NCBI GenBank assembly: GCA_965203055.1
Contig: OZ241863.1
Span: 3,200,001 to 3,264,000 of the forward strand
Direction: 5' to 3'
DNA: 64,000 bases
From: Spirochaetia bacterium
GTDB lineage: Bacteria > Spirochaetota > Spirochaetia > SZUA-6 > Bin103
Shown piece by piece: positions 10,611 through 19,949 of the stretch. A program made the translations under genes and the position numbers. How positions within the stretch are numbered: the stretch's first letter is position 1; every line of letters begins with the position of its first letter. The notes below the pieces were generated by a model. It was not told the DNA's origin. It saw nothing but the letters and a program-made list of their open reading frames with translations, and ran no database searches.

Positions 10611-11563
10611 GACAGACCGGTCGGTATCGGTACCTGCTGCAGGATCCGCTCCACTACCTGCGCCGGGGTCAGGTTCTCCATGCGCGCTTCGGCCGACAGC
10701 ACCACCCGATGCGTCAGCACGATGCCGGCCACTGCCATCACGTCTTCCGGCATCACGTAGTCGCGCCCGATGAGCAACGCCTCCGCCTGCGCCGCCAGCA
10801 TGATGTGCTGGGAGGCGCGCGGGCTGATGCCCAGCCGCAGCAGCGGGCTGCTGCGCGTCTGGTTGGCCAACCCGATGATGAAGCGGCGGACGTCGCGCGA
10901 CACCGTGACCGCGCGCACCACGCCGCGCAGCTCGGTCACGTCCTCCGGCTGCACCACCGGCTGCAGCTCCTGCAGCGGGTCCCAGGCATACTGATCGAGG
11001 ATGCGCACCTCGTCGTCGCTGTGCGGATAGCCGATGGAAAGCGAGATGCCGAAGCGGTCGAGCTCCCCCTCCGGGAGGTGGAACACGCCGATGAAGGTAA
11101 CCGGGTTCTGGGTGGCGATGACGAAGAACGGCTCCGGCAGGCGGTAGGTGGTGCCGTCGACGGTGACCGAGCCCTCCTGCATCGCCTCCAGCAGGCTCGA
11201 CTGGGTGCGCGGCGAGGCGCGGTTGATCTCGTCCGCCAGGATGAACTGGTGCATGATGGCGCCCTGCTTGAACTCGAACCGGCGGCTCTCGTTGTTCCAC
11301 ACCGTCATGCCCACGATGTCGCCGGGCAGCAGATCGGGAGTAAACTGGATGCGCCCGTAGTCGATCCCGGTACTGGCTGCCAGACACCGCGCCAGGGTGG
11401 TCTTGCCGACCCCCGGCACGTCCTCGATCAGCACGTGCAGGCCGGCGATGAACCCGATCAGCATGTGCCTCACCTGGCGCTGCTTGCCGACGAACACCTC
11501 GCAGACGTTGCGTTCGATGGTGCGGACCTGCTCACAGTACGGCGTGATGTCCCGTTGTGCCAT
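10607..11563 (-). CDS. MoxR family AAA+ ATPase
   Basis: HVLIEDVPGVGKT, RIQFTPDLLPGD, LADEINRA, ATQNP, LPE..LDRF, SPRA. Confidence 0.95.
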   Translation of the reverse strand: MAQRDITPYCEQVRTIERNVCEVFVGKQRQVRHMLIGFIAGLHVLIEDVPGVGKTTLARCLAASTGIDYGRIQFTPDLLPGDIVGMTVWNNESRRFEFKQGAIMHQFILADEINRASPRTQSSLLEAMQEGSVTVDGTTYRLPEPFFVIATQNPVTFIGVFHLPEGELDRFGISLSIGYPHSDDEVRILDQYAWDPLQELQPVVQPEDVTELRGVVRAVTVSRDVRRFIIGLANQTRSSPLLRLGISPRASQHIMLAAQAEALLIGRDYVMPEDVMAVAGIVLTHRVVLSAEARMENLTPAQVVERILQQVPIPTGLS

Positions 11564-11710
11564 GCGTCTACCTAACATGGCGCATCGGCGCCCGTTCGGC
11601 AAGACGCGCCCGGCGCCGGCAAGCGCCGGCAGCGGACCGGCGCGACCGCGCGCGATCAACTTCGTTGACCCGCGCCGGAGCGCGGCAGTAGGCTACGACA
11701 GAGCGCCGCC

Positions 11711-12961
11711 ATGCATTCCGTCGCCCAAGTCGACCAGCTCCTGACCGCCCGCGCCGTGACGCTGCCGGCCGAGCAGTGCGCCCTGCCGGCCGCGGTCGGG
11801 CGGGTGCTGCGCGAGCCGGTGGCGGCGGACCGCGACTTGCCGCCCCACGACCGCGTGACCATGGATGGCATAGCCGTCGCCGCGGCTGCTCTGGAGCGGG
11901 GCGGTCAGGCGCTGCAGGTGGAGGGCGAGGCGCGCGCCGGCGAGCCGCGCAAGCGGTTGCGCGATCCTGCCCGCGGCGCCGTGCGGGTGATGACCGGCGC
12001 CGTGCTCCCGGCCGGCTGCGACACGGTGGTCCGCAGCGAGGACCTGCGGCTGGACGGCTCCCGCGCCTGGCTGCAGCCGCAAGCGCCGATCGTTCCGGGC
12101 CAGAACGTGCACCGCCGGGGCTCCGATACCCGGGCCGGCGCCGCGGTGTTGGCCCCCGGGCGCCGCATCTCCGCCGCCGACGTTGCGGTCCTGGCTTCGG
12201 TGGGCCGCGGCCAGGTGGCGGTGGGCGCGCGCCCGCGGGTGGCGGTCATCTCCACCGGCGACGAACTGGTCGACGTGGGTCAGCCGATCGCCGCCCACCA
12301 GGTGCGCCGCTCCAACGGCTACACCGTGGCCGCGGCGCTGGCCGAGCTCGGCTACGCGGCGGCGCCGCGCCATCTGCCGGATGATCCCGACCGCCTCACC
12401 GCCGGGGTGGGTGACGCCCTGCGCGGCCACGACGTGGTGATTACCACCGGCGCGGTGTCGCAGGGCAGCGCCGACTTTCTGCCGGGAGTGTTCGCGCGCC
12501 TGGGCGTGGAGCGCTACCTGCACGGCGTGCGCCAGCGCCCCGGCAAGCCGCTGTGGATCGGCGGCACGGCGAGCGGCAAGCGGGTGTTCGCGCTGCCCGG
12601 CAATCCGGTATCGGTGATGGCCTGCCTGCGCCGCTACGTCGTGCCCTTCCTGGCGGCCGCCGAAGGGGGGGCAGCGCCGCCGGCGCAGCAGGCGGCGCTG
12701 GCCGAGGCGGTGCGGTTCGCGCCGCCGCTGACGCTGTTTCTGCCCGTGCTCCTGCAGGCGGCCGGCGGCGCGTTGCGGGCGCGCCCGGCGCCGGCGCAGA
12801 ACTCGGGCGACTTCCTGGCCCTGGTCGGCACCGACGGGTTCGTGGAACTGGCCGCCGCGCAGGCGGAGTTCCCAGCCGGCAGCGTGGTGCCGCTGCATCC
12901 CTGGCGGCCGCTGGGGTGGGGAGCGGGCCCTGCGGAGACCGCTGCGGGGACCCCCGCGTGA
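11711..12961 (+). CDS. moeA: Molybdopterin molybdotransferase
   Basis: P.DR.TMDG, MTGAVLP.G.D, STGDEL, TTG.VS.G..D, QRPGKP, ALPGNPVS. Confidence 0.93.
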   Translation: MHSVAQVDQLLTARAVTLPAEQCALPAAVGRVLREPVAADRDLPPHDRVTMDGIAVAAAALERGGQALQVEGEARAGEPRKRLRDPARGAVRVMTGAVLPAGCDTVVRSEDLRLDGSRAWLQPQAPIVPGQNVHRRGSDTRAGAAVLAPGRRISAADVAVLASVGRGQVAVGARPRVAVISTGDELVDVGQPIAAHQVRRSNGYTVAAALAELGYAAAPRHLPDDPDRLTAGVGDALRGHDVVITTGAVSQGSADFLPGVFARLGVERYLHGVRQRPGKPLWIGGTASGKRVFALPGNPVSVMACLRRYVVPFLAAAEGGAAPPAQQAALAEAVRFAPPLTLFLPVLLQAAGGALRARPAPAQNSGDFLALVGTDGFVELAAAQAEFPAGSVVPLHPWRPLGWGAGPAETAAGTPA

Positions 12962-13980
12962 GCCCGGTGCGTGACCGCTTCGCGCGCCCGTTGCGCGACC
13001 TGCGCATCTCGGTAATCGATCGCTGCAACTTCCGGTGTCCCTACTGCATGCCCAAGGACACCTACGGCGATGACTACCAGTTCCTGCCGCCGGCGGACTA
13101 TCTGAGCTTTGCCGAGGTGGCGCGGCTGGTGCGCGTGTTCGTGGCCCTCGGGGTGACCAAGGTGCGCCTGACCGGCGGCGAGCCGCTGCTGCGGCCCCGG
13201 CTGCCGGACCTGATCGAGGCCCTCGCCGCGATCCCGGGGATCGAAGATCTGGCGCTCACTACCAACGGCTACCTGCTGGCGGAGCAGGCTGCGGCGCTGC
13301 GCGCCGCCGGTTTGCGGCGCGTCACCGTGAGCCTCGACTCCACCGACCCGGAGACCTTCGCGCGGATGAACGGGCTCGGCATTCCCATCGACCGCGTCCT
13401 GGCCGGAATCGCGCGCGCGCAGGAGGCGGGCCTAGCCCCCATCAAGCTCAACGCGGTGGTGCAGCGCGGCGTCAACGACCACACGGTGCTCGACCTGGTC
13501 CGCGCCTTCGCCGGCCAGGAGGTCGCCATCCGCTTCATCGAGTACATGGACGTGGGCAACCGCAACGGCTGGGACGCAGCCGCGGTGGTGCCCAGCGCCA
13601 CGCTCAAGGCCGCCATCGAGGAGGAGTTCCCGCTCGAAGCGGTGGCGGCCGCCTACCGCGGCGAGGTGGCGCGGCGCTACCGGGTGCTCGGTACCAGCAC
13701 CGAGATCGGCTTCGTGTCATCCATCTCGGCGCCGTTCTGTCACGACTGCAGCCGCGCCCGCCTGGCGACCGACGGACGGCTCTATACCTGTCTGTTTGCC
13801 TGGCAGGGTACCGATCTGCGCACCGCGCTGCGCCGCGGCGCCGGCGACGAGGAGCTGGCGGAGCTGATCGGCAACGTATGGCGCCGCCGCACCGACCGCT
13901 ACTCGGAGGAGCGCGCGCAGGTCGCCCGCTTCCGGCGCCGCCGCGCGCGCAAGGTCGAGATGTACCAGATCGGAGGCTAG
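12958..13980 (+). CDS. moaA: GTP 3',8-cyclase (radical SAM)
   Basis: LRISVIDRCNFRCPYCMP, RLTGGEPL, FCHDCSRARL..DG..YTCLF, C-terminal MYQIGG; GTG overlaps moeA stop. Confidence 0.96.
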   Translation: MSPVRDRFARPLRDLRISVIDRCNFRCPYCMPKDTYGDDYQFLPPADYLSFAEVARLVRVFVALGVTKVRLTGGEPLLRPRLPDLIEALAAIPGIEDLALTTNGYLLAEQAAALRAAGLRRVTVSLDSTDPETFARMNGLGIPIDRVLAGIARAQEAGLAPIKLNAVVQRGVNDHTVLDLVRAFAGQEVAIRFIEYMDVGNRNGWDAAAVVPSATLKAAIEEEFPLEAVAAAYRGEVARRYRVLGTSTEIGFVSSISAPFCHDCSRARLATDGRLYTCLFAWQGTDLRTALRRGAGDEELAELIGNVWRRRTDRYSEERAQVARFRRRRARKVEMYQIGG

Positions 13981-13984
13981 GCGG

Positions 13985-14506
13985 ATGCCCGAAGCAGCCC
14001 CCGAGTCTGACCGCGCGCTGTCCCACGTCTCCGCGGCCGGGCAGCCGGTGATGGTGGACGTCGGGGCGAAGCCGCGCACCGCGCGCCGCGCCCGCGCCCG
14101 CGCGGAAGTGGTGCTGCCGGGCGCGGTGCGGGCGCTGCTGCGCGACGGCGAACTGCACGCTGCCAAGGGGCCGGTGTTCCGCACCGCGGTGACCGCCGGC
14201 ATCATGGCCGCCAAGCGCACCGCGGAGCTGATTCCGCTGTGTCATCCCATCGGCCTCGATAGCTGCGACGTGACGGTACGGCTCAACGCCGCCGGCAACG
14301 CCGAGATCACCTGCGCGGCGGCCGTGGAGCACAAGACCGGCGTCGAGATGGAGGCGCTCACCGGCGCCGCGGTGGCCGCGCTCACCATCTACGACATGTG
14401 CAAGGCGCTGTCCCACGACATCGCCATTCGCGACCTGCGTCTGTTGGAGAAGAGCGGCGGCAAGAGCGATTACCGCGCCGCCGCGGCCGATGCTGCCGAT
14501 GGCTGA
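13985..14506 (+). CDS. moaC: Cyclic pyranopterin monophosphate synthase
   Basis: MVDV..K, AAKRT.ELIPLCH, TGVEMEALT, IYDMCKA, KSGGKS. Confidence 0.96.
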   Translation: MPEAAPESDRALSHVSAAGQPVMVDVGAKPRTARRARARAEVVLPGAVRALLRDGELHAAKGPVFRTAVTAGIMAAKRTAELIPLCHPIGLDSCDVTVRLNAAGNAEITCAAAVEHKTGVEMEALTGAAVAALTIYDMCKALSHDIAIRDLRLLEKSGGKSDYRAAAADAADG

Positions 14507-14783
14507 GCAAGCGCCGGGGGGCACGCCCCGGCGCCCGTCCCGGCGCGCGCTGCGGGTGCACTACTACGCGCTGCTGCGCGACGAAGCCGGCTGCGCCGAG
14601 GAGCAGGTGGCCACCGCCGCGGCGACCGCCGCGGAACTGTACGCGGAGCTGCGGCAGCGGCACCGGTTCTCGTTGCCGCAGGAGCGGCTCCGGGTGGCGG
14701 TCAACGCCGGCTTTGCCGCCTGGGACACGCGCCTCGCGGCCGGCGATCTGGTAGTCTTCATTCCCCCGGTGGCCGGCGGTTGA
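14499..14783 (+). CDS. moaD: Molybdopterin synthase sulfur carrier subunit
   Basis: YYA.LR, RVAVN, C-terminal FIPPVAGG; position in moa operon. Confidence 0.92.
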   Translation: MAEQAPGGTPRRPSRRALRVHYYALLRDEAGCAEEQVATAAATAAELYAELRQRHRFSLPQERLRVAVNAGFAAWDTRLAAGDLVVFIPPVAGG

Positions 14784-14805
14784 CGCTTTGTCGAAGGAGC
14801 AGCCC

Positions 14806-15279
14806 ATGAACGACCCACCGCGCGCGGACTTTGCGCTGGCCGCGGCCGCGATTGATCCCGAGGCGTTGCGGGCACGGTTGCAGCACCCCGCGGCCGGCGC
14901 CCTGGCCGCCTTCGAAGGGTGGGTGCGCAACCACGCCGGCGGCCGCGCCGTGCAGCTCCTGGAGTATCAGGCCTACCCCGAGCTGGCGCAGGCCGAGGGT
15001 GAGCGGGTGGTAGCGGAAGCGCTGCGCGCGTTCGACGTGATCGCGGTGCATTGCACGCATCGTTCCGGTATACTGCGGACAGGAGACTTGGCGGTGTGGG
15101 TCGGCGCAGCCGCGGCGCATCGAGCTGCGGCGTTCGACGCCTGCCGCTACGTCATCGACGAAATCAAGCAGCGGCTGCCGATCTGGAAGCGCGAGACCTA
15201 CGCCGGGGGTGACTCCGGCTGGGTCAACTGCCAAGTGATCGCACCGGCGGCAAACGAGGTGACTCATGGCAGCGAGTAA
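14806..15279 (+). CDS. moaE: Molybdopterin synthase catalytic subunit
   Basis: GA...FEGWVRN, LEYQAY, HR.G.L, AHR.AAF.AC...IDEIK..LPIWK.E; AAGGAG RBS. Confidence 0.95.
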   Translation: MNDPPRADFALAAAAIDPEALRARLQHPAAGALAAFEGWVRNHAGGRAVQLLEYQAYPELAQAEGERVVAEALRAFDVIAVHCTHRSGILRTGDLAVWVGAAAAHRAAAFDACRYVIDEIKQRLPIWKRETYAGGDSGWVNCQVIAPAANEVTHGSE

Positions 15280-16240
15280 GCGCAGGGACTACGAAGCGGG
15301 CATCAAGTGGTGGGATATCACTGACCGCGAACACTTCATCAATCGCCGCGAGTTCATGCGCCGGGCGGGCACGGTGGCCGCCGGCGTCGGGCTCGCTTCC
15401 GCGGCGCCGGGCTTCGTGCAGCGCGCATTTGCCCAGAACGGCGCCTTCGCCGGGGTTCCCGGCAGCCGGTACGACACCGACGAGGCGCAGAACACGCTCA
15501 AGCAGGCCACCACCTACAACAACTTCTGGGAGTTCGGCGCCGGCAAGGGGGATCCGGCGCGGCATGCCCGGAAGTTCGTCACCAGTCCGTGGCAGATTTC
15601 CATTGGCGGTCTGACTCCCAATCCCGCGGTGATCGACGTGGACGACGTAATCAGCCGCTACCGGGACAAGCTGGAGCAGCGCATCTATCGCCTGCGCTGC
15701 GTGGAGGCGTGGTCGATGGTGATCCCCTGGGTGGGGTTCCCGCTGCACGAGTTGATCAAGGACTACCAGCCCGCCTCCGCCGCCCGGTACGTGCGCTTCG
15801 AGACCTTGTGGGACCCCGACCAGATGCGGCGCGCGGCGCGCTCCATCGACTATCCCTACGTCGAGGGACTGCGCATGGACGAAGCGATGAACGACCTCAC
15901 GCTGGTTACGGTCGGCATGTACGGCGATGTCCTGCAGAACCCCAACGGCCCGCCGATTCGTCTCATCATCCCGTGGAAGTACGGCTTCAAGAGCATCAAG
16001 TCGGTGAACAAGATCGAATTCGTCGCCGACGAGCCGCTGAACACCTGGAACAAGGCGCAGCCGCACGAGTACGGGTTCTATTCCAACGTGAATCCGCAGC
16101 GCGCCCATCCGCGCTGGAGCCAGCGCACCGAGCGCCGCATCGGCGAGCGCGGCCGCCGCGAGACTCTGATGTTCAACGGCTACGGGGAGTGGGTCGCCTC
16201 GCTGTACGAGGGCATGGATCTGATCAACACCTACTACTGA
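15266..16240 (+). CDS. msrP: Protein-methionine-sulfoxide reductase catalytic subunit
   Basis: Tat motif NRREF; YNNFWEFG, RLRCVEAWSMVIPW.G, PYVEGLR.DEA, PWKYGFKSIKS, HPRWSQ, FNGY. Confidence 0.95.
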   Translation: MAASKRRDYEAGIKWWDITDREHFINRREFMRRAGTVAAGVGLASAAPGFVQRAFAQNGAFAGVPGSRYDTDEAQNTLKQATTYNNFWEFGAGKGDPARHARKFVTSPWQISIGGLTPNPAVIDVDDVISRYRDKLEQRIYRLRCVEAWSMVIPWVGFPLHELIKDYQPASAARYVRFETLWDPDQMRRAARSIDYPYVEGLRMDEAMNDLTLVTVGMYGDVLQNPNGPPIRLIIPWKYGFKSIKSVNKIEFVADEPLNTWNKAQPHEYGFYSNVNPQRAHPRWSQRTERRIGERGRRETLMFNGYGEWVASLYEGMDLINTYY

Positions 16241-16247
16241 GGCAGCC

Positions 16248-16892
16248 ATGGCCGCCGCCCAAGCCAAGCGCCGTACTCCCATCCAGGTGGCCAAGCGGGC
16301 CAAGCTGATCGTCCTGCCGCTGTCCATGGTGCCGCTGGTCATTGCCCTGCTGCGCTACCTGGGCGATCAGTGGGGCGGCAACGCCATCGAGGCGTTCACC
16401 CTGGACACCGGCAACTGGGGCATCCGGCTGCTGCTGATCACCCTCGCCATCACGCCGGTGCGGGAGCTCACCGGCTGGAACTGGCTCATCACCTATCGCC
16501 GGCCCATGGGCCTCGCCGCGTTCTACTATCTGTGCGTGCACTTCCTGGTGTACCTGTACCTGGACTTCGCCTTCGACCTGCCGTTCATCGTGAGCGACCT
16601 GTCCACCTCGCTCTACGTGGTGGTCGGATTCGTGGGGTTTCTGCTGCTGGTGCCGTTGGCGATCACCTCGACCAACGGCTGGATCCGGGCGCTGGGCAAA
16701 CGCTGGCGGTTTCTGCACCGGCTGGTATACGCGGCCGTGATCCTGGGCGTGGTGCATTACCTGCTGCAGGTCAAGGAGATCGGCTTTCAGCTCTGGTTCT
16801 ACATCATCGCCGGCGGGCTGTTGCTGGCCTACCGCGTCGCGGCCCCGGCGCTGGCCGCCAAGGCCAAGTCCAACCGCAGCTCCCGGAGGTAG
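16248..16892 (+). CDS. msrQ: Protein-methionine-sulfoxide reductase heme-binding subunit
   Basis: TG.W, LAITP, RR.MGL..F.Y...H, PLAITS, LG..W..LHRLVY, VVHY; follows msrP. Confidence 0.92.
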   Translation: MAAAQAKRRTPIQVAKRAKLIVLPLSMVPLVIALLRYLGDQWGGNAIEAFTLDTGNWGIRLLLITLAITPVRELTGWNWLITYRRPMGLAAFYYLCVHFLVYLYLDFAFDLPFIVSDLSTSLYVVVGFVGFLLLVPLAITSTNGWIRALGKRWRFLHRLVYAAVILGVVHYLLQVKEIGFQLWFYIIAGGLLLAYRVAAPALAAKAKSNRSSRR

Positions 16893-16936
16893 CGCCGCCT
16901 CTGCCTGCCGGCGTCACCGGCGGCCGGCGACTCAAC

Positions 16937-18133
16937 TTACCCTGGCGGCCGCGGGCGGCGCAGGGTTTCTTCGACGGCGAAGATGAACAAGGCGGCGCCC
17001 GCGCCGCCCAACAGCGCTACGGCGGGTCCGGCGAGGCCCAGCGAAAGGAGGGCGGCCACCGCGCCGATTACGGCTGGACCGGCGGTGGTGCCCAGGTCCC
17101 CGATCAGCCGCCACAGGCCGATGAATTCGCCGGCGCCGCGCCGGGGGGCGAGGTCGGTTCCCATGGTCATCAGGAAGCCGCTCCCCAGGCCGTTGCCGGC
17201 ACCGGCCAGCAGCCCTACCAGCAGCAGACTCAGGAAACTGCCGGTCAGCGGCATCAGCGCCAGGCTGGCGGACATCACCAGGATCGAGGCCGCCGCCGCC
17301 CAGCGCCGGCCGAGGCGGTCCATGATCAGCCCGGTGGGGTAGAACAGCAGCATGTCGGCGATGCCCGAGGCGCTCATGGCCAGACCCACTTGCGCTACCG
17401 ACAGGCCGATCGACTCGCCCCACAGCGGGATGAACAGCGAGCGCGCGGCGCGGACCAGGTTGAGCGCGATGATCGCCGGACCGGCGCGCAGCAGCACCCG
17501 CCAGTGGTCGCGCAGGATGGCCAGCGGATGATACCAGCCGGCGCCCCCGGGCTGGTGCCGCGGCGGAACCGGGCGCGCGGGCGTCCAGCGCAGCGCCGCC
17601 AGCGCGGCCAGGACCATCAGGCAGGCGAGGGCCACGAACGGGGCGCGCAGCCCCAGCACGCCGGCCAAGGCGCCGCCCAGCGCCGGCCCGAGGGCAAAGG
17701 TGCCGATGCGATTCACTCCGCCGAGGGTGGCCAGTGCCCGCCCCCGTTGCGCCGGCGCCACCGCGGCGCGGGCGAAGGCCATGCGCTCCACCATCCACGC
17801 CCCGCGGCAGGCGCCCATCAGCAGGGCGGCGAGGCCGAGCAGCAGCACGCCGCCGGCCGCGGCGGCCGCCAGACCCGCAACGGTGAGGGTGCCGAGCACG
17901 GCGATGACTATGGTGCGCGGCGGCCAGCGCGCGGCGAACACCCCGGCGGGGATGTCGATCACCAGGGTACCGACCGCGATCAGCGCCACCACCCCGGCCG
18001 CGGCGGCCACGCTGCCGCTCAGACTGTTCGCCAGCCGCGGCAGCACCGGCAGGATCAGCCCCCAGCCGATCGTGTAGAACAGTTCCGGGACGTAGAAGGC
18101 AAGAATCAGAGTGCGGATACGGGACGCCGGCAC
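16937..18133 (-). CDS. MFS transporter
   Basis: About 12 hydrophobic segments, G.IMDRLGRR MFS motif, RGRA..T.GG; GTG start 6 nt after a GATAAT -10. Confidence 0.88.
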   Translation of the reverse strand: MPASRIRTLILAFYVPELFYTIGWGLILPVLPRLANSLSGSVAAAAGVVALIAVGTLVIDIPAGVFAARWPPRTIVIAVLGTLTVAGLAAAAAGGVLLLGLAALLMGACRGAWMVERMAFARAAVAPAQRGRALATLGGVNRIGTFALGPALGGALAGVLGLRAPFVALACLMVLAALAALRWTPARPVPPRHQPGGAGWYHPLAILRDHWRVLLRAGPAIIALNLVRAARSLFIPLWGESIGLSVAQVGLAMSASGIADMLLFYPTGLIMDRLGRRWAAAASILVMSASLALMPLTGSFLSLLLVGLLAGAGNGLGSGFLMTMGTDLAPRRGAGEFIGLWRLIGDLGTTAGPAVIGAVAALLSLGLAGPAVALLGGAGAALFIFAVEETLRRPRPPG

Positions 18134-18186
18134 CCGTCCATTATCGCATACCGGCCAAGACGGGGAAGCCTGCGTGGTAGCGACCG

Positions 18187-18205
18187 TGCTATAATTGAAG
18201 GAGTT
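18187..18205 (+). promoter_or_regulatory. Extended -10 promoter (TGcTATAAT) plus GAAGGAG RBS preceding the decayed gene
   Basis: TGCTATAAT at 18187-18195, GAAGGAG, ATG at 18206. Confidence 0.55.
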
Positions 18206-18735
18206 ATGGGGTAACTCGGAAATTATACTGGACCGCGCTCCAGGTATCGCCCGCGCGTATCGCGGCTCTGGACCCGACCGACTTGAACAAGTTGATGAGC
18301 CGGTTGTTGCGCGCGCAAGCCTATCGTTGTGGTTCTCCAGCGTTCTGGTCAACACGGAGACCAGTGCGCTGGACGAAGGTTGCGACGGATGGTCCGATCG
18401 GCCGGCAACGCCAGATCCGTGGCTCGGCTCCACTGATACGGGCTGGCAGTTCAAAGCATAGGGTGTCGAGCAGCCGCACCGGTTGAGTGCCGAGGTCGAA
18501 AAGCCGCTTCCCCTGAAACCCCTGCGCGACGGGGTCGGTCCGTGGTGGTCGCCAGTGGTTCGACGAATGGGCAGGCGGGCACCGACCGCCGGCGGGAGCG
18601 ACTGACTACCGTCGCCAGACAGGTTGGACTATCCGCGAAAGTTGAAGAGAGAATAAGAGGTCTATGACAGCGAAGAATATCGCCAAGTGGTGGCAATCAG
18701 CATCCCGTCGTTGCAGACCATTGGCCCGGTCATAT
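18206..18735 (+). pseudogene. Frameshifted remnant of a restriction-endonuclease-like (PD-(D/E)xK) N-terminal domain
   Basis: Stitching frames gives LQVSPARIAALDPTDLNKLMSRLLRAQAYRCG / SVLVNTETSALDEGCDGW...TGWQFKA* ... EVYDSE / IAKW / NQHPVVADHW; several frameshifts and a TAG. Confidence 0.5.
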
Positions 18736-19179
18736 GCATTGGCCCGGGTGAAGAAATCTGCACGGTTAGGAGAGTCTATGAGATTCGTAAAGGTTACCCC
18801 AGAGAGCATAGAGACGCTTGATCTAAGGGTCAATTTTCAGAAGGGTTCGGACAAGGAAGCCAAGAAGTATAGAGCAGGCAGTCAAGAATGACAGTGGTAC
18901 TATCAATCCCTGCTGAACCTTGAACAGCTTGAGCAGGAGTATACAGATCACTCTAAAGTGGTTCATACTCTCTTGCGGTGGATGGGCTGAAAGATGGAGA
19001 GAGAACCTCAATGTATCAGACATTATGAATGTGCTGATGCTCCGATCGGAAGCGTGCCAGAAAATCGGAGGGGATATACTATTCTCAACAGGTTAGGGTC
19101 AGGCGTAATTGAATCGTGACCCGGATGCAGGGAATTGGAATCAATAGCGGTCCAAAGGGTACTGGAAGGAGAGTAAGAG

Positions 19180-19512
19180 GTGAAGAAGATCATTGTGGGA
19201 GCCGCGCTGTTGATGGTTGCGGCGTTCGTTGCGTGGGCGCAGGTGTCGGGAGCACTGGCACAACTGAGCGGAGAGTATAGCTCTGGTAGCGGTACAGGGG
19301 TTGAGGCACATGAGAGTAATATCGTGGTCAACATCTATACTGACCGTTACTACTTCAAGCGGGACGGGATCGAGGTCGTCGATGGTTTGTTCTTGATCCC
19401 GGAGTTGAACGACAACGGAAAGCAATTCTTGGTTCTCAGAGTCCTCGATGATGGGGAAATAGAGTATGGTTTTACCAAGATGTTTCCCGCAACGAAGGTT
19501 TCCGATGAGTGA
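19180..19512 (+). CDS. Hypothetical secreted protein
   Basis: Signal-peptide-like MKKIIVGAALLMVAAFVAWA; purine-rich RBS region upstream. Confidence 0.6.
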   Translation: MKKIIVGAALLMVAAFVAWAQVSGALAQLSGEYSSGSGTGVEAHESNIVVNIYTDRYYFKRDGIEVVDGLFLIPELNDNGKQFLVLRVLDDGEIEYGFTKMFPATKVSDE

Positions 19513-19756
19513 CCAGACCGACCCCAAGCCGAGGGCGGACGTTGAAGATCGAAGAAGGATCAGGGACGCAGCAAGAAAGGGAGATCGTCTGGACGCTGGT
19601 ACGTATCGCTTGGCGATCATTGGATTCCATGACGCGGTTTTACGCTTGCGCTGCTGGCCGATGCCGAGAACGAGCCCTGGGGAAATAGTATTCGTCGATG
19701 ATACGCGCCGCAAGAGCATCATCCGTCAACCTACTCATGCTGGTCAGATGCGCTAG
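19505..19756 (+). CDS. Hypothetical protein
   Basis: ATG overlaps preceding stop (ATGAGTGA); 83 aa, no recognised motif. Confidence 0.3.
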   Translation: MSDQTDPKPRADVEDRRRIRDAARKGDRLDAGTYRLAIIGFHDAVLRLRCWPMPRTSPGEIVFVDDTRRKSIIRQPTHAGQMR

Positions 19757-19949
19757 ACGTTGAAGGACTTGGCAGTCGTACCGAAGCTGTCAGGGCTGTG
19801 TGTCTGGGCTTCAGCCGCGGCGCGTACTGTGAGCAGGATGGCAGAACAAGAACAACAACGAGAGGAGGAGCGAGAGCTTCTGATGCGTTGAGCCGTCGGA
19901 GGCGAACCGGGCGGGCTCGGCGGTCCGTCGTTTCGTGGCATAATGGGCT

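Noticed and set aside
9306..11387. Long N-terminal extensions in the ORF track (DUF58, moaA, ligase, TPR, permease, MFS)
   Set aside because: Extensions overlap upstream genes; internal starts coupled to upstream stops or RBS/-10 sites fit better
7130..11563. MoxR-DUF58-transglutaminase as a novel system
   Set aside because: Well-known, widespread gene triad
11564..11710. Moco riboswitch upstream of moeA, or FMN riboswitch upstream of ribA
   Set aside because: No recognisable conserved motif; ribA has only a 19-bp upstream gap
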